The position numbers were made by a program, and so were the translations under genes. Shown in pieces: positions 1-11,114 of a stretch of 64,000 bases of DNA. Numbering within the stretch: position 1 is the stretch's first letter; each line of letters opens with the position of its first letter. Under the pieces are notes generated by a model. It saw only the letters and a list, made by a program, of their open reading frames with translations. It made no database searches and was not told the DNA's origin. Location of the stretch: the sequence record OL744216.1; one strand, given 5' to 3'. This stretch comes from Enterobacter phage vB_ExiM_F4M1E.

Positions 1-1488
1 ATGTCCGCTACATTCGCACCCGCGAGTCGTAAGCAACAGATGGTTCTCGAATCCAAAGCACAGATCCTCGTAATGGGCGGCGCAGCAGGTTCAGGTAAAT
101 CATACCTGCTCCAGTTGATGCCCCTGCTGATCATCGACGATCCCCGTACAGCTTGTATCATGTTCCGCCGTACAGTGCCTCAGATTCGTGGTCAGGGCGG
201 TCTGTTCGACAAAGCGAAAGATATTTACAACCAGCTTCCCCCGGTCGTCAAGCCTAAGTTCAAAGAGAACGAGATGATTGCGACATTCCCCAACGGGGCG
301 ACGGTGAAGTGGCAGTCTATGCAGCACACCAACGACAAGTACAACATCCAGGGTCTGGAATTTACTTTCATCGGTGTGGACGAAGGAACCCAGTTCGAAT
401 GGGAACAGCTTGAGTACATGATGTCTCGTTTGCGTTCAAACTCAAAGTACCCTTCTCGCATGGTTATCTCTTGTAACCCGGACCCGGATCATGAACTCCG
501 GGAAATGATCGACTGGTATCTCGATGAGAATGGCTTCCCAATCCCGGAAAGGGATGGTGTTATTCGTTGGTTTGTTCGTATCGACGACAATTACATCTGG
601 GGTGCCTCGGAGCAAGAACTGAAAGAGCGTTTCGGAAAGAAAACTCGCCCGGTATCTTTCAGCTTTATCTCCTCCACTATTTACGACAACCCTCCGATGC
701 TGATCAACAACCCGGAATACCTTGCCCAGTTGGAAGGTCTGAACGATGTTGACCGTGCCCGTCTGCTTCACGGCAACTGGGACGCCCGCCCGGAAGGTGC
801 AAACTATTTCAAACGTGACTTCCTGAAAGAGGTGGATTGCCTCCCGTTGAATGTCACTAAAGTCCGTGCTTACGATAAGGCAGGTACGGAGCGTTCCACA
901 GCAAACAAAACCCCTGACTTTACAGCCGGGATTGGTGTGGCCCGCGATGACGACGGATTTTATTATCTGTTCGGAAATTACCACGAAGAGTTCATCGACA
1001 ACGGTGAATGGTCCACCGGGACCGCAGGCCGCTTCTGTAAGAAAGCAGGCGAGCGTGATGTTATCATCACCAAACAGGCGATGCTCGACGGTGACGACAC
1101 GATCGTCATTTTCTCCGTTGACCCCGGACAGGCAGGTATTTCTGAGTTCACAACGTCATCCCGTGATCTTATCTCTAAAGGGTACTTGGTAGAGAAAGAC
1201 CCGACGCCCGGTAACAAATCGAAGCTCACTCGCTTCTCCCCGTTTGCCCAGTTGGCACAGAACGGATTTGTCCGGATCGTCAAGAAGTCATTCCCAATGG
1301 ACACGTACAACGCATTGATGAAAGAACTTGAGTCTTTCAACGGTGAACGTTCTACCGGGTCCCGTAAGGATGACTGGGCGGATGCCGTGGCATCAGGAAT
1401 TAACTTCCTGGAGAAGACCGAGGTTGTCCGTGCCGTCGCTATCCCTCGTCCAAATGCCCCTACTCTATACGCCTCACGTCGTTATTAA
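1..1488 (+). CDS. terminase large subunit
   Basis: 495 aa; Walker A GGAAGSGKS at residues 26-34; first gene of the late operon, immediately followed by the portal-sized gene. The ATG coincides with the window start, so the true N-terminus cannot be verified. Confidence 0.85.
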   Translation: MSATFAPASRKQQMVLESKAQILVMGGAAGSGKSYLLQLMPLLIIDDPRTACIMFRRTVPQIRGQGGLFDKAKDIYNQLPPVVKPKFKENEMIATFPNGATVKWQSMQHTNDKYNIQGLEFTFIGVDEGTQFEWEQLEYMMSRLRSNSKYPSRMVISCNPDPDHELREMIDWYLDENGFPIPERDGVIRWFVRIDDNYIWGASEQELKERFGKKTRPVSFSFISSTIYDNPPMLINNPEYLAQLEGLNDVDRARLLHGNWDARPEGANYFKRDFLKEVDCLPLNVTKVRAYDKAGTERSTANKTPDFTAGIGVARDDDGFYYLFGNYHEEFIDNGEWSTGTAGRFCKKAGERDVIITKQAMLDGDDTIVIFSVDPGQAGISEFTTSSRDLISKGYLVEKDPTPGNKSKLTRFSPFAQLAQNGFVRIVKKSFPMDTYNALMKELESFNGERSTGSRKDDWADAVASGINFLEKTEVVRAVAIPRPNAPTLYASRRY

Positions 1489-1506
1489 TATCACAGGGGA
1501 TATGCC

Positions 1507-3030
1507 GTGTCAAGAAAACGTAATCGTAATCGCTCAGTGAAGGTGGTTAAGGCCACCAGTGAGCAACTTAACGTATCCCGTATGCGTATGAGTGAGCAAG
1601 GGACCTTTGCTCTGGCTAAGGTTCAGGTTGACTCTGAACGCATGAAGGCCGAAGAGATCCGCTGGCCCAACCTGATCGGTACAGTGGAGTCAATGAAGCA
1701 GGACGCCACCGTTGCGACGGGCCTTGACATGCTGTACACTTTTGTGGAGAAAGCGTTCAAGGATTTCAAAGTAATCCCCGGGGAATCTGAGGAGTCTAAA
1801 AAGGCTGCTAAGTTCATCGAGTATTGCTTGAAGAACATGGAAGGTCAAACCCTTCGTCAGTTTGCCCGTGACGCTGCAACCTTCAACGAATATGGCCTGT
1901 CTGTCGTGGAGAAAGTCTACACTCAGGTAACCGTTGGGGAATACGTCGGTAAATACAAGGTCAAGAATCTTGCTTTCCGACCACAGGCTTCTCTGAGCCG
2001 AACTAACCCGATTGTGTACAATGCTGATGGCTCTGCTATCGTAGGCATCAAACAATCCCTGTCTGCATTCCAGAACTACACGGCGACAGAAATCGGTGTT
2101 GGTGGCCTCAACACCCGAATGGGTGATGTCATCATTCCAATCAACCGTGTCATGCTGATGAACACGGGCGGGTCTTCCTCCCAAGCGCTTGGTGTATCTC
2201 CGTTGGTGGGGTGCTACCGTGCTTGGCGTGAAAAGATTCTGATTGAGAACCTGGAAGTCGTTGGTGCAACAAAGGATATGGGTGGTGTGATCGAGTTGAA
2301 GATCCCTTCCCAGATCCTGAACAAGGCTGCGATGGACCCGTCCTCCCCGGAAGCGGAGATGGTCCGTGGCCTGATGGAAGATGCAGCGAACGCCCACTCC
2401 GGTGAGCAGTCATTCTTCATGCTGCCGTCCGACACAAAGGACAACGCCCCTCAATACTCAATGACCCTGAAGGGCATCGACGGGATGGGCAAGCAGTACA
2501 GCACCGCACAGTTGATTAGTGACCGTAAGAAGTCAATCCTTGATCGTCTGGGCGCTGGCTTCATCAACGTGGGCAACGACAAGGGCGGTTCTTACAACCT
2601 GTCTGAGTCAAAGCAGACCATCCACACCCAGTTTGTTCAGCGTGTTAACGAGATCATTCTGGAAGCTCTGAACGAAAACCTGCTGCCACAGTTGCTGGCC
2701 CTGAATGACATCCGTCTTCCAGAGACCGAGATGCCATACGTTAAGGCCGGGGAAATCGTGGACGTGGACATGGAAGGATTCTCCAAGGCTATTCAGCGTA
2801 TTGGTGCCGTTGGCTACCTGCCGAAAACTCCGAAGGTTATCAACCGTGTTCTGGAAGTTCTGGGTATTGATGAGAAGATTGAGGAAGACATTTCTCAAGA
2901 GGAACTCATGAAGCTGTTGGGTGAAGATACCAGTCGGGCCGGGGACGGTATGACGAAAGGGTCTTCTGGTAACGGTACTGGCAAAATCTCTTCCACAAGA
3001 GATAATTCAGCGGCTAATTTGGATAATTAA
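1507..3030 (+). CDS. portal protein (putative)
   Basis: 507 aa directly after TerL; GTG start 7 nt after AGGGGA; the size and position are canonical for a portal. Confidence 0.65.
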   Translation: MSRKRNRNRSVKVVKATSEQLNVSRMRMSEQGTFALAKVQVDSERMKAEEIRWPNLIGTVESMKQDATVATGLDMLYTFVEKAFKDFKVIPGESEESKKAAKFIEYCLKNMEGQTLRQFARDAATFNEYGLSVVEKVYTQVTVGEYVGKYKVKNLAFRPQASLSRTNPIVYNADGSAIVGIKQSLSAFQNYTATEIGVGGLNTRMGDVIIPINRVMLMNTGGSSSQALGVSPLVGCYRAWREKILIENLEVVGATKDMGGVIELKIPSQILNKAAMDPSSPEAEMVRGLMEDAANAHSGEQSFFMLPSDTKDNAPQYSMTLKGIDGMGKQYSTAQLISDRKKSILDRLGAGFINVGNDKGGSYNLSESKQTIHTQFVQRVNEIILEALNENLLPQLLALNDIRLPETEMPYVKAGEIVDVDMEGFSKAIQRIGAVGYLPKTPKVINRVLEVLGIDEKIEEDISQEELMKLLGEDTSRAGDGMTKGSSGNGTGKISSTRDNSAANLDN

Positions 3031-3099
3031 TCCGGTCGTGAAAACAACCTGTTGCAAAACAGTCAGTTCAGTGCTAAAATAATTATCACGGGAGCAATG

Positions 3100-3675
3100 A
3101 TGGAAAACATTACCCTTTCCGACCTTCCTTCACAAACTAATCTGACTCGCATCCAAAAGAGTCGGTTTGTGAAAAAGGCCAACGACCTGCTGGCACAGGG
3201 CTTTAATAAAGCTGCTGCTATCAACGGGGCCGTTGGCTCCGTCCTTGTCCAGAAATCCGCTGATGAAGAGGAGATGATTTCTTACGAGATCATTTACGAA
3301 CCTGACACACCGGACCTTCACGGGCAATGGATGTCTAAAGAGACCTTGGTAAAGGCTCAACAAGATTTCAAAAAGGCTCAGGAACTCGGTGCTGTCACGG
3401 AGAACCTGTATCACCTTTTTGATACCGACTCTTGGAAAATCGTTGACCACTGGATTCAACCGGAGTTCGACGTAACTGTAGCTGAGACTGGCGAAATAAT
3501 CAAGGCCGGGTCTTGGGTAGCGAAAGTTCAGTACACCCCTGAGACATGGGCGTTGAAGAAGGCAGGAATTGTCGGCGGTCTCTCTGTGCAATGCGGCGGG
3601 ATGCTGAATGAGGAAACCAACGAACTTTCCAATCTTGATTTCAGTATTGCCATTGAAGAAGAGGATGCCAAATGA
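3100..3675 (+). CDS. XkdF-like prohead protease / head maturation protein (putative)
   Basis: Motif EPDTPDLHGQWMSKETLVKAQQDF resembles the D-x-H-G...A(H/Q)xF signature of XkdF-type phage proteases. Start trimmed to the ATG after GGGAG (the track ORF begins at 3052). Lies between portal and scaffold. Confidence 0.45.
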   Translation: MENITLSDLPSQTNLTRIQKSRFVKKANDLLAQGFNKAAAINGAVGSVLVQKSADEEEMISYEIIYEPDTPDLHGQWMSKETLVKAQQDFKKAQELGAVTENLYHLFDTDSWKIVDHWIQPEFDVTVAETGEIIKAGSWVAKVQYTPETWALKKAGIVGGLSVQCGGMLNEETNELSNLDFSIAIEEEDAK

Positions 3676-4778
3676 TCAAGACGTGGATCGAGAAGGGTCG
3701 CCAGATTAAATCTCGCGGCATCGCTCTCACTCACCGAGATCAGGGCTACAGCGCGAATAACCGCCACGTCAGCCTCCTGACCAAATCTGAAGTTGACCCT
3801 GACAAGCTCACGGTCGAACTCATCAAATCTCTCGAACAGGTCACTCTGTCCATCTCTATGGAAGAGTATCTGCGTCGCTTCTTCCACCTGTGGAGTGGGG
3901 ATGCGGAGTTGCTCACCAAAGTGCTGGGCATGAAGACCGAGTTCGAACAGTCCGTCGAAGACAACCCGCCGGAAGATGATTCTTGGGAAGCAGATTGGAA
4001 CGAGCGCCACCAGAAGTATCTGGAAGAAAAGCTCTCCTCTGTGTCCATCATCAAAAAGGCGAAGGCTGGCGACGAACTGTCACTGCTTGAACAGTTTGAA
4101 CTCATCAAGGCCCGTAAGGACTTCGAAGATGGTTGCCTGAAAATGGACCTCGACTTCGGTGATGTGAAAACTGTAACCGAACCCGCTGCGGAAGTCAAGC
4201 CTGCTGTGGAAACACAAAAGTCCAAGACTACTGTAGCGCCAACTGAAAGCTCCGCTGGAGCGACTATCAAACCCGACGAGGAGATTCCCGTGGAGAAAGA
4301 AGTTGATGTAACCAAATCTGCTGCTTTTATCGAAATGCAGAAAGCGTTGGCAGAGCAGACTGAATTGATGAAAGCCATGCAGGCTCAGGTAGCCGATGCA
4401 CAGGAAATCATCAAAGCTCAGAAAGCCGCTAAACGCGCTGTAGCTGTCGAGAAAGCTGCTGGCTTTACCTTCGTAGCCGCCGATCAGCGTGAAGCTATTG
4501 CTGACGTGATCGAAAACCCTGCTCAGGCAACTCTGGTAGCTGTACTGGAGAAAGCTGCTGCTGATCTGAAAGCGAAAGACGACGCTCTTGCTGCTAAAGA
4601 TCTTGAGATCGAAGAAGTCAAGAAATCCTTCGCTAATGGCAAAGAGGTCGGTGCTGATGGCACTCTGACTGAAGTAGCCAAGGGTTCCGAAGATGCGCAG
4701 GCTCGCCTGGACCGTATCATCGCCGAGAAAGTGGAACTGGCTAAAGCCAAACAAACCACTGAATTTGTTAACGCCTAA
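3672..4778 (+). CDS. scaffolding protein (putative)
   Basis: 368 aa, Ala/Glu/Lys-rich with predicted coiled coils (AKAKQ, AAKDLEIEEVKK); sits between the protease candidate and the decoration/capsid genes; start overlaps the upstream stop (ATGA). Confidence 0.55.
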   Translation: MIKTWIEKGRQIKSRGIALTHRDQGYSANNRHVSLLTKSEVDPDKLTVELIKSLEQVTLSISMEEYLRRFFHLWSGDAELLTKVLGMKTEFEQSVEDNPPEDDSWEADWNERHQKYLEEKLSSVSIIKKAKAGDELSLLEQFELIKARKDFEDGCLKMDLDFGDVKTVTEPAAEVKPAVETQKSKTTVAPTESSAGATIKPDEEIPVEKEVDVTKSAAFIEMQKALAEQTELMKAMQAQVADAQEIIKAQKAAKRAVAVEKAAGFTFVAADQREAIADVIENPAQATLVAVLEKAAADLKAKDDALAAKDLEIEEVKKSFANGKEVGADGTLTEVAKGSEDAQARLDRIIAEKVELAKAKQTTEFVNA

Positions 4779-4795
4779 TCTGGAGACCCCGAAAA

Positions 4796-5254
4796 ATGGC
4801 TAAAGCACACGTTGCTACTCTCGAAGGTAACTACTCTGACATCGTTCTGGGCCGTGTTGTTGCCTTCGGTGACACTGGTTGGAACTTCAAAGAAGTTGAC
4901 ATGACCTACATCGCATCTGATGCTGATGCAGACTCTAAAACCACCCTGTTTGCAGGGATGCTGGTTGGTGAAGACGGTACTCCGGTAGCCGCTCCTGCTG
5001 ACTCTGCCGACATTTATGGTGTTCTGGTTGACCGCAAGGTACTGCCGGGCTACGAATACTTCACTGGCGTGTTTGAGCCGGGTGAGAAGGTTCCGATGGT
5101 TCTGGCTGTTCGTGGTCTGACTCTGAACGCACTGAAAGTCAAATACGCTGACGGCACCGCGATCGACGCCGCAGGTATCAAGGTTCTGGAAGCCCAAGGT
5201 AACCAGGTAACTGATAAGATTGTCGGCACCCAGTTCATCGGTTCCGTACTGTAA
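4796..5254 (+). CDS. head decoration protein (gpD-like, putative)
   Basis: 152 aa immediately upstream of the major capsid gene, as in lambda D-E pairs; good RBS. Confidence 0.4.
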   Translation: MAKAHVATLEGNYSDIVLGRVVAFGDTGWNFKEVDMTYIASDADADSKTTLFAGMLVGEDGTPVAAPADSADIYGVLVDRKVLPGYEYFTGVFEPGEKVPMVLAVRGLTLNALKVKYADGTAIDAAGIKVLEAQGNQVTDKIVGTQFIGSVL

Positions 5255-5274
5255 TTCCAACAGGAGATATTTAA

Positions 5275-6273
5275 ATGCAAAACGGTAATTTCCAGATTCT
5301 TGATTACTCTGGCCTGATCTCCACCATGCCACGTGTGGACACTCTGCTCCAGAGCATGAACCTGTTCACCGAGCATTTCGGTCGTACCACTGTTGCCCGT
5401 ATCGAACGTGAAGACGACGGTGCTGGCGAGATCAAAGCTGTTCAGCGTGGTGGTGTGCGTCAGCACCTGGCTAACAACCGTAAGAAAATTGTTAACCTGA
5501 ACATCCCGTTCTTCCCTCTGGACCGTTCTATCGACCGTGCAGACATTCAGAACTTCCGTGAGTTCGGTACTCCGGATGCTCCTGCGACTGTAGAGGCTGA
5601 AGTTCAGCGTCACATGGCTCGTATTCGTCGTAGCCACGCGATCCTGAAGTCCAAAGCGATGTATGCGGCCCTGAAGGGCACCTCTTGGTCTCCTGATGAC
5701 CCGGTTAGCGATTACAACTACTACGAAGTTTGGGGCGCAACCCAGACTACCGCAGATGTTGACTTCACCAAGTTGGGCGTTGACCCGATCGAGGTACTGG
5801 AAGCTGAAGCACGTGCTCACATCATCGACTGGGCTGGTGACAACGGTGACAACTACGAGATCGTCGTTCTGGCATCCCGTCAGTGGTTCTCCGCTCTGAT
5901 CGCTCACCCACAGGTGACTGGTGCGTACTCTCAGTACCCATCCACTCAGGAAATGCTGCGTCGTCGTCTGGGCGGTAACGCTAACAACCGTATCTTCGAA
6001 CACAAGAACATCCTGTTCATCGAAGATATCTCCGGTAACATCCCGGCAGGTGAAGCGTACATCTTCCCACGTGGTATCTCTCGTATGTTCGAGATCTACT
6101 ACGCGCCGAGCGACACCCTGCGTGACGCTAACAAGGTGGCTCAGGAACTGTACGTGTTCTTCAAAGAGTCCGACTACCTGCGTGAAGCGAAGATCGAATC
6201 CGAGACTTCCTTCCTGACTGTAAACAACCGTCCTGAACTGGTTGTTAAGTCAACAGGTAAGTTCACCGCTTAA
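5275..6273 (+). CDS. major capsid protein (lambda gpE-like)
   Basis: 332 aa, the size class of the lambda E family; follows the decoration gene and is followed by a strong terminator; highly expressed-type codon usage. Confidence 0.7.
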   Translation: MQNGNFQILDYSGLISTMPRVDTLLQSMNLFTEHFGRTTVARIEREDDGAGEIKAVQRGGVRQHLANNRKKIVNLNIPFFPLDRSIDRADIQNFREFGTPDAPATVEAEVQRHMARIRRSHAILKSKAMYAALKGTSWSPDDPVSDYNYYEVWGATQTTADVDFTKLGVDPIEVLEAEARAHIIDWAGDNGDNYEIVVLASRQWFSALIAHPQVTGAYSQYPSTQEMLRRRLGGNANNRIFEHKNILFIEDISGNIPAGEAYIFPRGISRMFEIYYAPSDTLRDANKVAQELYVFFKESDYLREAKIESETSFLTVNNRPELVVKSTGKFTA

Positions 6274-6278
6274 TTGGA

Positions 6279-6306
6279 AAAGGTCACCTTCGGGTGGCCT
6301 TTTTTA
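6279..6306 (+). terminator. rho-independent terminator after capsid gene
   Basis: aaaaGGTCACC-ttcg-GGTGGCC followed by tttttt; UUCG tetraloop. Confidence 0.8.
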
Positions 6307-6393
6307 TTGACTGCGGTATAACTGTACATTTTAAGCAAAATAGTGTACCATTGTAAGATAGGCTTTTGATTCACAACGAAGGAGTATCCTATA

Positions 6394-7008
6394 ATGGCAC
6401 AACCTCATCTGGAAGTCTTCCAGAGCGAATACCACATGCTCAAGTTCTTCGGACAATACCTGCCGAAACTGGACGTTGACGCATCAGCCCGACTGGCCCC
6501 ATTCCTGTATTCATACGATGGTGAACTGGTAATGGGTCGTAACCTCTATGAGTTCCTGAACCAGATTGAAGCGATGACTGCCTTGGGCATCAACACTATC
6601 GCATCCGTCCAGAAAGGCGCTGCATTCCTGATCTTCTTCGATGAGACTCCTAAGTCCCCTGAGAAGTTCTTGGCTAATATCGGAGAGATCAAAGCGGCCC
6701 GTGCCAATGTGATCCCGGAAGATATTGAGACCGAGGTGGAATCCCCTCTGTCCTCTCTGGTACAAACAACTGTAATCGATCCTACCCCTGAAGTCAAGGA
6801 AGAAGTGAAGGAAGAGGAAAAAACTGCCTCTACCCGCACCGATGAGCAGAAGGCAGAGATCCTGGCTCATGCAGAAACCCTGCGTGATGACACCAAAAAG
6901 GCGGCTGCTAAGGCTGCGCTGGAATCCTACGCTTTGACTATGGAGATCTCTCTGAGCAAGGCTAAGACTTTTGACGCAATGTTGGAAGACCTGAAAGCTG
7001 CACTGTAA
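6394..7008 (+). CDS. hypothetical protein (first gene of fibre cassette)
   Basis: 204 aa with an acidic Glu/Lys-rich C-terminal half; RBS AAGGAG; first ORF after the capsid terminator. Confidence 0.5.
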   Translation: MAQPHLEVFQSEYHMLKFFGQYLPKLDVDASARLAPFLYSYDGELVMGRNLYEFLNQIEAMTALGINTIASVQKGAAFLIFFDETPKSPEKFLANIGEIKAARANVIPEDIETEVESPLSSLVQTTVIDPTPEVKEEVKEEEKTASTRTDEQKAEILAHAETLRDDTKKAAAKAALESYALTMEISLSKAKTFDAMLEDLKAAL

Positions 7009-7068
7009 TTCCCTCTGGCCCCCAAGCGGGGCCATCCTCCTCCAATCCCGCCTCCGGAGAAGCAAGTA

Positions 7069-10000
7069 ATGGCACAATATGAAGATAAGGTCGTAGAAGT
7101 TCTGGTGACTCTCCCAGAGCCGTCTGCGAGCACCTCTGGTGGTTCTGGTGCGCCGTTCACGGGCATCGAGACCCAAGACACTGTATCCACCACACTGATT
7201 GGTGACGGTACTCAATCCTCTCCTCTGCAAGCAAACATCAATATCTCCCGCCGCACTGGTAACCGCCTGCAAGTGGTTAGCTCCTCCAGCGAGCAGGGTC
7301 TGTATGTTGCTGGCTCTGACACCAAGGTGTCTGCGAAAGATGGCAACACCGTAACTTACATCTCCGCACAAGAAGCAGCTAACGCTGGCAACCCGGCGCT
7401 GGAAGGTGTATACTCCGATCCGGTAAACGTGTCAACCACATCACCGAAGAAGACTCTGGAAATCAAAGCCGATCCGACAGGTAAAGCCAAGACCCAGATC
7501 GACGTGATCGTTGACCCGGCAGCGCAGAACGCTTTGGTTGCTGGCTCTGCTGGCCTGAGCGTACCTGTTTCTGCCGCACAGGACAACACACTGGAAATTC
7601 GCCAGGGTGCTCTGTACGTTCGTCCTCAAGAGACCAAAATCTCTCAGGACCCGAACAACAAAATCGAAGTCAAGTCTGACGGTATCTATGTTGAAACCGT
7701 GAAGGGTGACAAGGGTGATACCGGAGCCACAGGCCCGGCTGGCCCGCAGGGTCCGGAAGGCCCAGAAGGTCCTCAAGGCCCAGAAGGTCCTCAAGGTCCG
7801 CAGGGTGAAAAGGGCGATAAGGGTGACACCGGGGCAACTGGTGCAACAGGCCCGGCGGGTGCTACAGGTGCTCGTGGTCCAGAAGGTCCTAAAGGCCCAG
7901 CAGGGATCGGTATCAACGTTATCGATCAACTGGACGACGTTTCTCAGCTTCCGGCTGTTGCAGAGATGGAACTGGGGGACACCTACGTTATCGGTCAGAA
8001 CTTCTGGACTGTTGTGAATGAATCCAACGTCAAGCAGTGGAAAGACATCGGTAACTTTGCAGGCCCAGAAGGTCTGTCTGCCTATGAAGTTGCAGAGGCC
8101 GCAGGTTTCGTCGGCACTGTTGACGACTGGCTAGCATCCCTGAAAGGGGCTGATGGTATCGGTCTGCAAATCCTGGGGGCATTCAGCGATCCTTCTTTCC
8201 TTCCTATGGAGGGTAACAACCCGGGTGACTGCTACATCATCAACGACCTGATGTACGTATGGACAGGTGAAGAAGATAAGTGGCAGACTGTCGGTCAGAT
8301 CGGTCCAGAAGGTAAATCTGCGTATCAGGTATGGCTGGCTAACGGTCACACCGGGTCTCAGGTTGACTTCCTGAACTCTCTGATCGGTCCTCAAGGTCCA
8401 AAAGGGGACAAGGGTGACAAAGGCGACCCTGGCGTAGACGGTAAAAACGCAAACGCCATCAATATCCTCGGTAAGGTTGCTGACGAAGCAAGCCTGCCAG
8501 CGGGTGCTGATGCAGGTGACGCATACCTCGTAGGGACGAACGTATTCGTTTCTGATGGTGCAGGCAACTGGGAAAACCTGGGTTCCTTCCAAGGTCCTAA
8601 AGGTGATACAGGGGCAACTGGTGCCACCGGGCCGCAGGGCGAGAAAGGTGACCAGGGTGATGTCGGTAAAGACAACTACGCACTGGCAGTCGAAAATGGC
8701 TTCCAAGGTTCCCTGTCTGAATACCTCGCATCCTTGAAAGGCGAGAAGGGTGATGTAGGCCCAGCGGGTCCTCGTGGTAACCCGGGTGCAACTGGTCCTC
8801 AAGGTCCTGTCGGTGAAGGTCTGACCATCCTTGGCACGAAAGCCAACGAAGGCGAACTACCTTCTGATCCAACTGTCGGTGATGCTTGGCTGATCGGTGA
8901 CGACCTGTACGTGTACAACGGAACTGCTTGGCAGAACGTTGGCCCTGTTCGAGGTCCGAAGGGTGAAACCGGGGCTACAGGCCCGGCTGGAGAGAAAGGC
9001 GACAAAGGCGACACTGGCGCTGAAGGCCCTGCTGGTCCACAAGGCCCTAAAGGTGACCAAGGTGACGTAGGTCCTAAAGGGACTGGCCTGAACCCTAAAG
9101 GTACTGTTCCTACCGAAGCAGATCTCCCAACAGAAGATAACGCCAATGGCGACTTCTGGACCACTGTTGATACAGGTGAAGGTTTTGCCTGGGACGGTCT
9201 ACAGTGGGTCAACACCGGGATGGCCCGTGGTAACACCGGACCTCAAGGTGAAAAAGGGGACAAAGGTGACAAGGGTGACCAAGGCGATAAGGGCGACAAC
9301 GGCGCGGGTCTGACCCCTAAAGCGTCTGTGGCTAACGAAGCTGCTCTGCCTACCACTGGAAACACCGTGGGTGACTTCCGTGTTGCTGAAGACACTGGCA
9401 TCGGATACTCTTGGGACGGCAGCGCTTGGATCAATATGGGCACCACTCGTGGTCCTAAAGGTGATCAGGGTGATGTTGGCCCGCAGGGTCCTAAAGGTGA
9501 TACTGGTGACGCAGGTCCTCAGGGCGAAACTGGCCCGGCAGGCCCAGACGGTCCAGAGGGTCCTCAAGGTCCTGTCGGGCCTCAAGGCGATATCGGTCCG
9601 CAAGGTCCTCAAGGTCCGCAGGGTGACATCGGGCCTGGTGTTGAGATCATGGGTAAACTCAACAGCACTTCAGAACTGCCTGCAACCGGGGAACTGGGTC
9701 AGGGATACCTGATCGACGGTGACTTCTGGGGATGGACTGGTTCTGCCTACGAGAACTTGGGTCGTATCCAAGGTCCGGTTGGGCCTGTAGGTCCAACTGG
9801 TGACCAAGGCCCTCAAGGTCCGCAGGGCGTTAAGGGTGACAAGGGTGACCAAGGTTCCTTGTGGATCGTGTTTGACCGTGACCCAGGTACAGCCGATGGT
9901 CGTGTTGGTGACTACTTCCTGAACTCCTCAACGTTGCAGTTCTTCCGTAAGACGAACGCAACCACTTGGGCACCGATGGGTTACATGGGCGGCGGTAACG

Positions 10001-10422
10001 TCTATGACTCTCCGAAAGACGGTAAGCAGTATGCCCGTATCGACGGAGATTGGACCCCGGTAGAGGTTCTGGAAGCCCCAGAAGACTCCGGCTACTACGT
10101 CCGTGTGAACGGGGCATGGCAGAAGTTGGATCGTTACGATCTGCGTGTGATGTCTGCAACTGGCGCACTGGATGCCTCTGTATCCAACGTCTTTACGGTT
10201 GACGGAACAACGTCCAAAGCAATCACCATCTCCAACCTGCCAGCAGGTCGTGCGATGACGGTGGTTGTTAAGTTCCTCGGTAAAGGTGGATCCATGACCT
10301 GGCCTAGCCCGATGGCGTGGTCTAACGGCACCCAACCAGCGCTTGGTACTACCCGTACCATCCTGACGTTCTTCTGGGACGGAACGGACCTGACTGGTGT
10401 TCAGGCGATGACTGTAGACTAA
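7069..10422 (+). CDS. collagen-like side tail fibre protein (Stf-like, Phage_fiber_2-type repeats)
   Basis: 1117 aa. At least 7 blocks of Gly-X-Y collagen triplets ([24 protein letters not shown]...) alternate with ~40-aa repeats of the form LPxxxxxGDxYxxxxxxxxWxxxGxxW typical of lambda Stf-type fibres; non-collagen C-terminal domain. Confidence 0.8.
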   Translation: MAQYEDKVVEVLVTLPEPSASTSGGSGAPFTGIETQDTVSTTLIGDGTQSSPLQANINISRRTGNRLQVVSSSSEQGLYVAGSDTKVSAKDGNTVTYISAQEAANAGNPALEGVYSDPVNVSTTSPKKTLEIKADPTGKAKTQIDVIVDPAAQNALVAGSAGLSVPVSAAQDNTLEIRQGALYVRPQETKISQDPNNKIEVKSDGIYVETVKGDKGDTGATGPAGPQGPEGPEGPQGPEGPQGPQGEKGDKGDTGATGATGPAGATGARGPEGPKGPAGIGINVIDQLDDVSQLPAVAEMELGDTYVIGQNFWTVVNESNVKQWKDIGNFAGPEGLSAYEVAEAAGFVGTVDDWLASLKGADGIGLQILGAFSDPSFLPMEGNNPGDCYIINDLMYVWTGEEDKWQTVGQIGPEGKSAYQVWLANGHTGSQVDFLNSLIGPQGPKGDKGDKGDPGVDGKNANAINILGKVADEASLPAGADAGDAYLVGTNVFVSDGAGNWENLGSFQGPKGDTGATGATGPQGEKGDQGDVGKDNYALAVENGFQGSLSEYLASLKGEKGDVGPAGPRGNPGATGPQGPVGEGLTILGTKANEGELPSDPTVGDAWLIGDDLYVYNGTAWQNVGPVRGPKGETGATGPAGEKGDKGDTGAEGPAGPQGPKGDQGDVGPKGTGLNPKGTVPTEADLPTEDNANGDFWTTVDTGEGFAWDGLQWVNTGMARGNTGPQGEKGDKGDKGDQGDKGDNGAGLTPKASVANEAALPTTGNTVGDFRVAEDTGIGYSWDGSAWINMGTTRGPKGDQGDVGPQGPKGDTGDAGPQGETGPAGPDGPEGPQGPVGPQGDIGPQGPQGPQGDIGPGVEIMGKLNSTSELPATGELGQGYLIDGDFWGWTGSAYENLGRIQGPVGPVGPTGDQGPQGPQGVKGDKGDQGSLWIVFDRDPGTADGRVGDYFLNSSTLQFFRKTNATTWAPMGYMGGGNVYDSPKDGKQYARIDGDWTPVEVLEAPEDSGYYVRVNGAWQKLDRYDLRVMSATGALDASVSNVFTVDGTTSKAITISNLPAGRAMTVVVKFLGKGGSMTWPSPMAWSNGTQPALGTTRTILTFFWDGTDLTGVQAMTVD

Positions 10423-10462
10423 TACCCAAGGGGGCTTCGGCCCCCTTCATAAGGAGATTCAA

Positions 10463-11113
10463 ATGGCTGTAGATCCTACCAGCAAGGTTTATGCTTGGAC
10501 ACCGATGATTCGTTTGTCCGACATGAAATATCCTGTCTATCTTAGCGACTTCCTCAAAGAACATACCAACGTAAGTATCGGCTCTTACGTTTGGGAAAAG
10601 GACATGCGTGACCTGTGGGGTTATTGCATGGTCCATGATTCTGAAGTTCCTGTCGGTGATGTTGTTACCGAAGGAAAACCGGAGCTAAACGAAGAAGATG
10701 ACCTGTGGTACAAGACTTGGGTTGCTCGTGATTTCTATCCAGAAGAGATCGCAGAGAACTTGGCCCGTGCCAAGGAAGATCACCGTGTCCGAGCTTACCA
10801 ACAGTACACCTCTGACCTCACCTCCGGCGTGACCGTAGATGGGCAAGTGTTCTCTGTTGAGCCACGAGAGCTTATCAACTTGGATACCATCAAGGCATAC
10901 GCCCAAGCGCATCCTGATGACAATATCCTGATCCGCACATCTGATTTCGGAACACTTTCCCTGCCATCAGCCGAGGCGGTGGATAAGATCAATGCGATCA
11001 TGATTGCAACCGGGAAGGTTCACCAGAATCTCCTGGCTTACGTAAAAACTGTGTACGACACTGAAGTCATCACAGATATCCCTGAAGTCCCTCAAACTTT
11101 CGTAGGAGAATAA
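10463..11113 (+). CDS. hypothetical protein (possible fibre assembly/attachment)
   Basis: 216 aa between the two collagen-like genes; RBS AAGGAG; function inferred only from position. Confidence 0.45.
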   Translation: MAVDPTSKVYAWTPMIRLSDMKYPVYLSDFLKEHTNVSIGSYVWEKDMRDLWGYCMVHDSEVPVGDVVTEGKPELNEEDDLWYKTWVARDFYPEEIAENLARAKEDHRVRAYQQYTSDLTSGVTVDGQVFSVEPRELINLDTIKAYAQAHPDDNILIRTSDFGTLSLPSAEAVDKINAIMIATGKVHQNLLAYVKTVYDTEVITDIPEVPQTFVGE

Positions 11114-11114
11114 C

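Noticed and set aside
7700-9850. Periodic short repeats that could superficially resemble a CRISPR-like array
   Set aside because: The repeats are 9-18 bp collagen codon repeats in frame within a CDS, with no constant repeat/spacer architecture.
7441-9852. Multiple minus- and plus-strand ORFs inside the collagen-like gene (e.g. 7441-7929, 8131-8802, 8799-9236, 9371-9712)
   Set aside because: They are artefacts of the GC-rich Gly-X-Y repeat DNA, which is open in several frames; only the frame giving GXY triplets and fibre repeats is coding.
10423-10450. GGGGGC-ttcg-GCCCCC hairpin after the collagen gene as a terminator
   Set aside because: No U-tract follows (cataagg...), and the next gene starts 12 nt later with an RBS; more likely an RNA-stabilising or processing hairpin than a terminator. 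Similar tract-less hairpins occur at 27096-27116, 36648-36668, 50108-50124 and 54548-54565.
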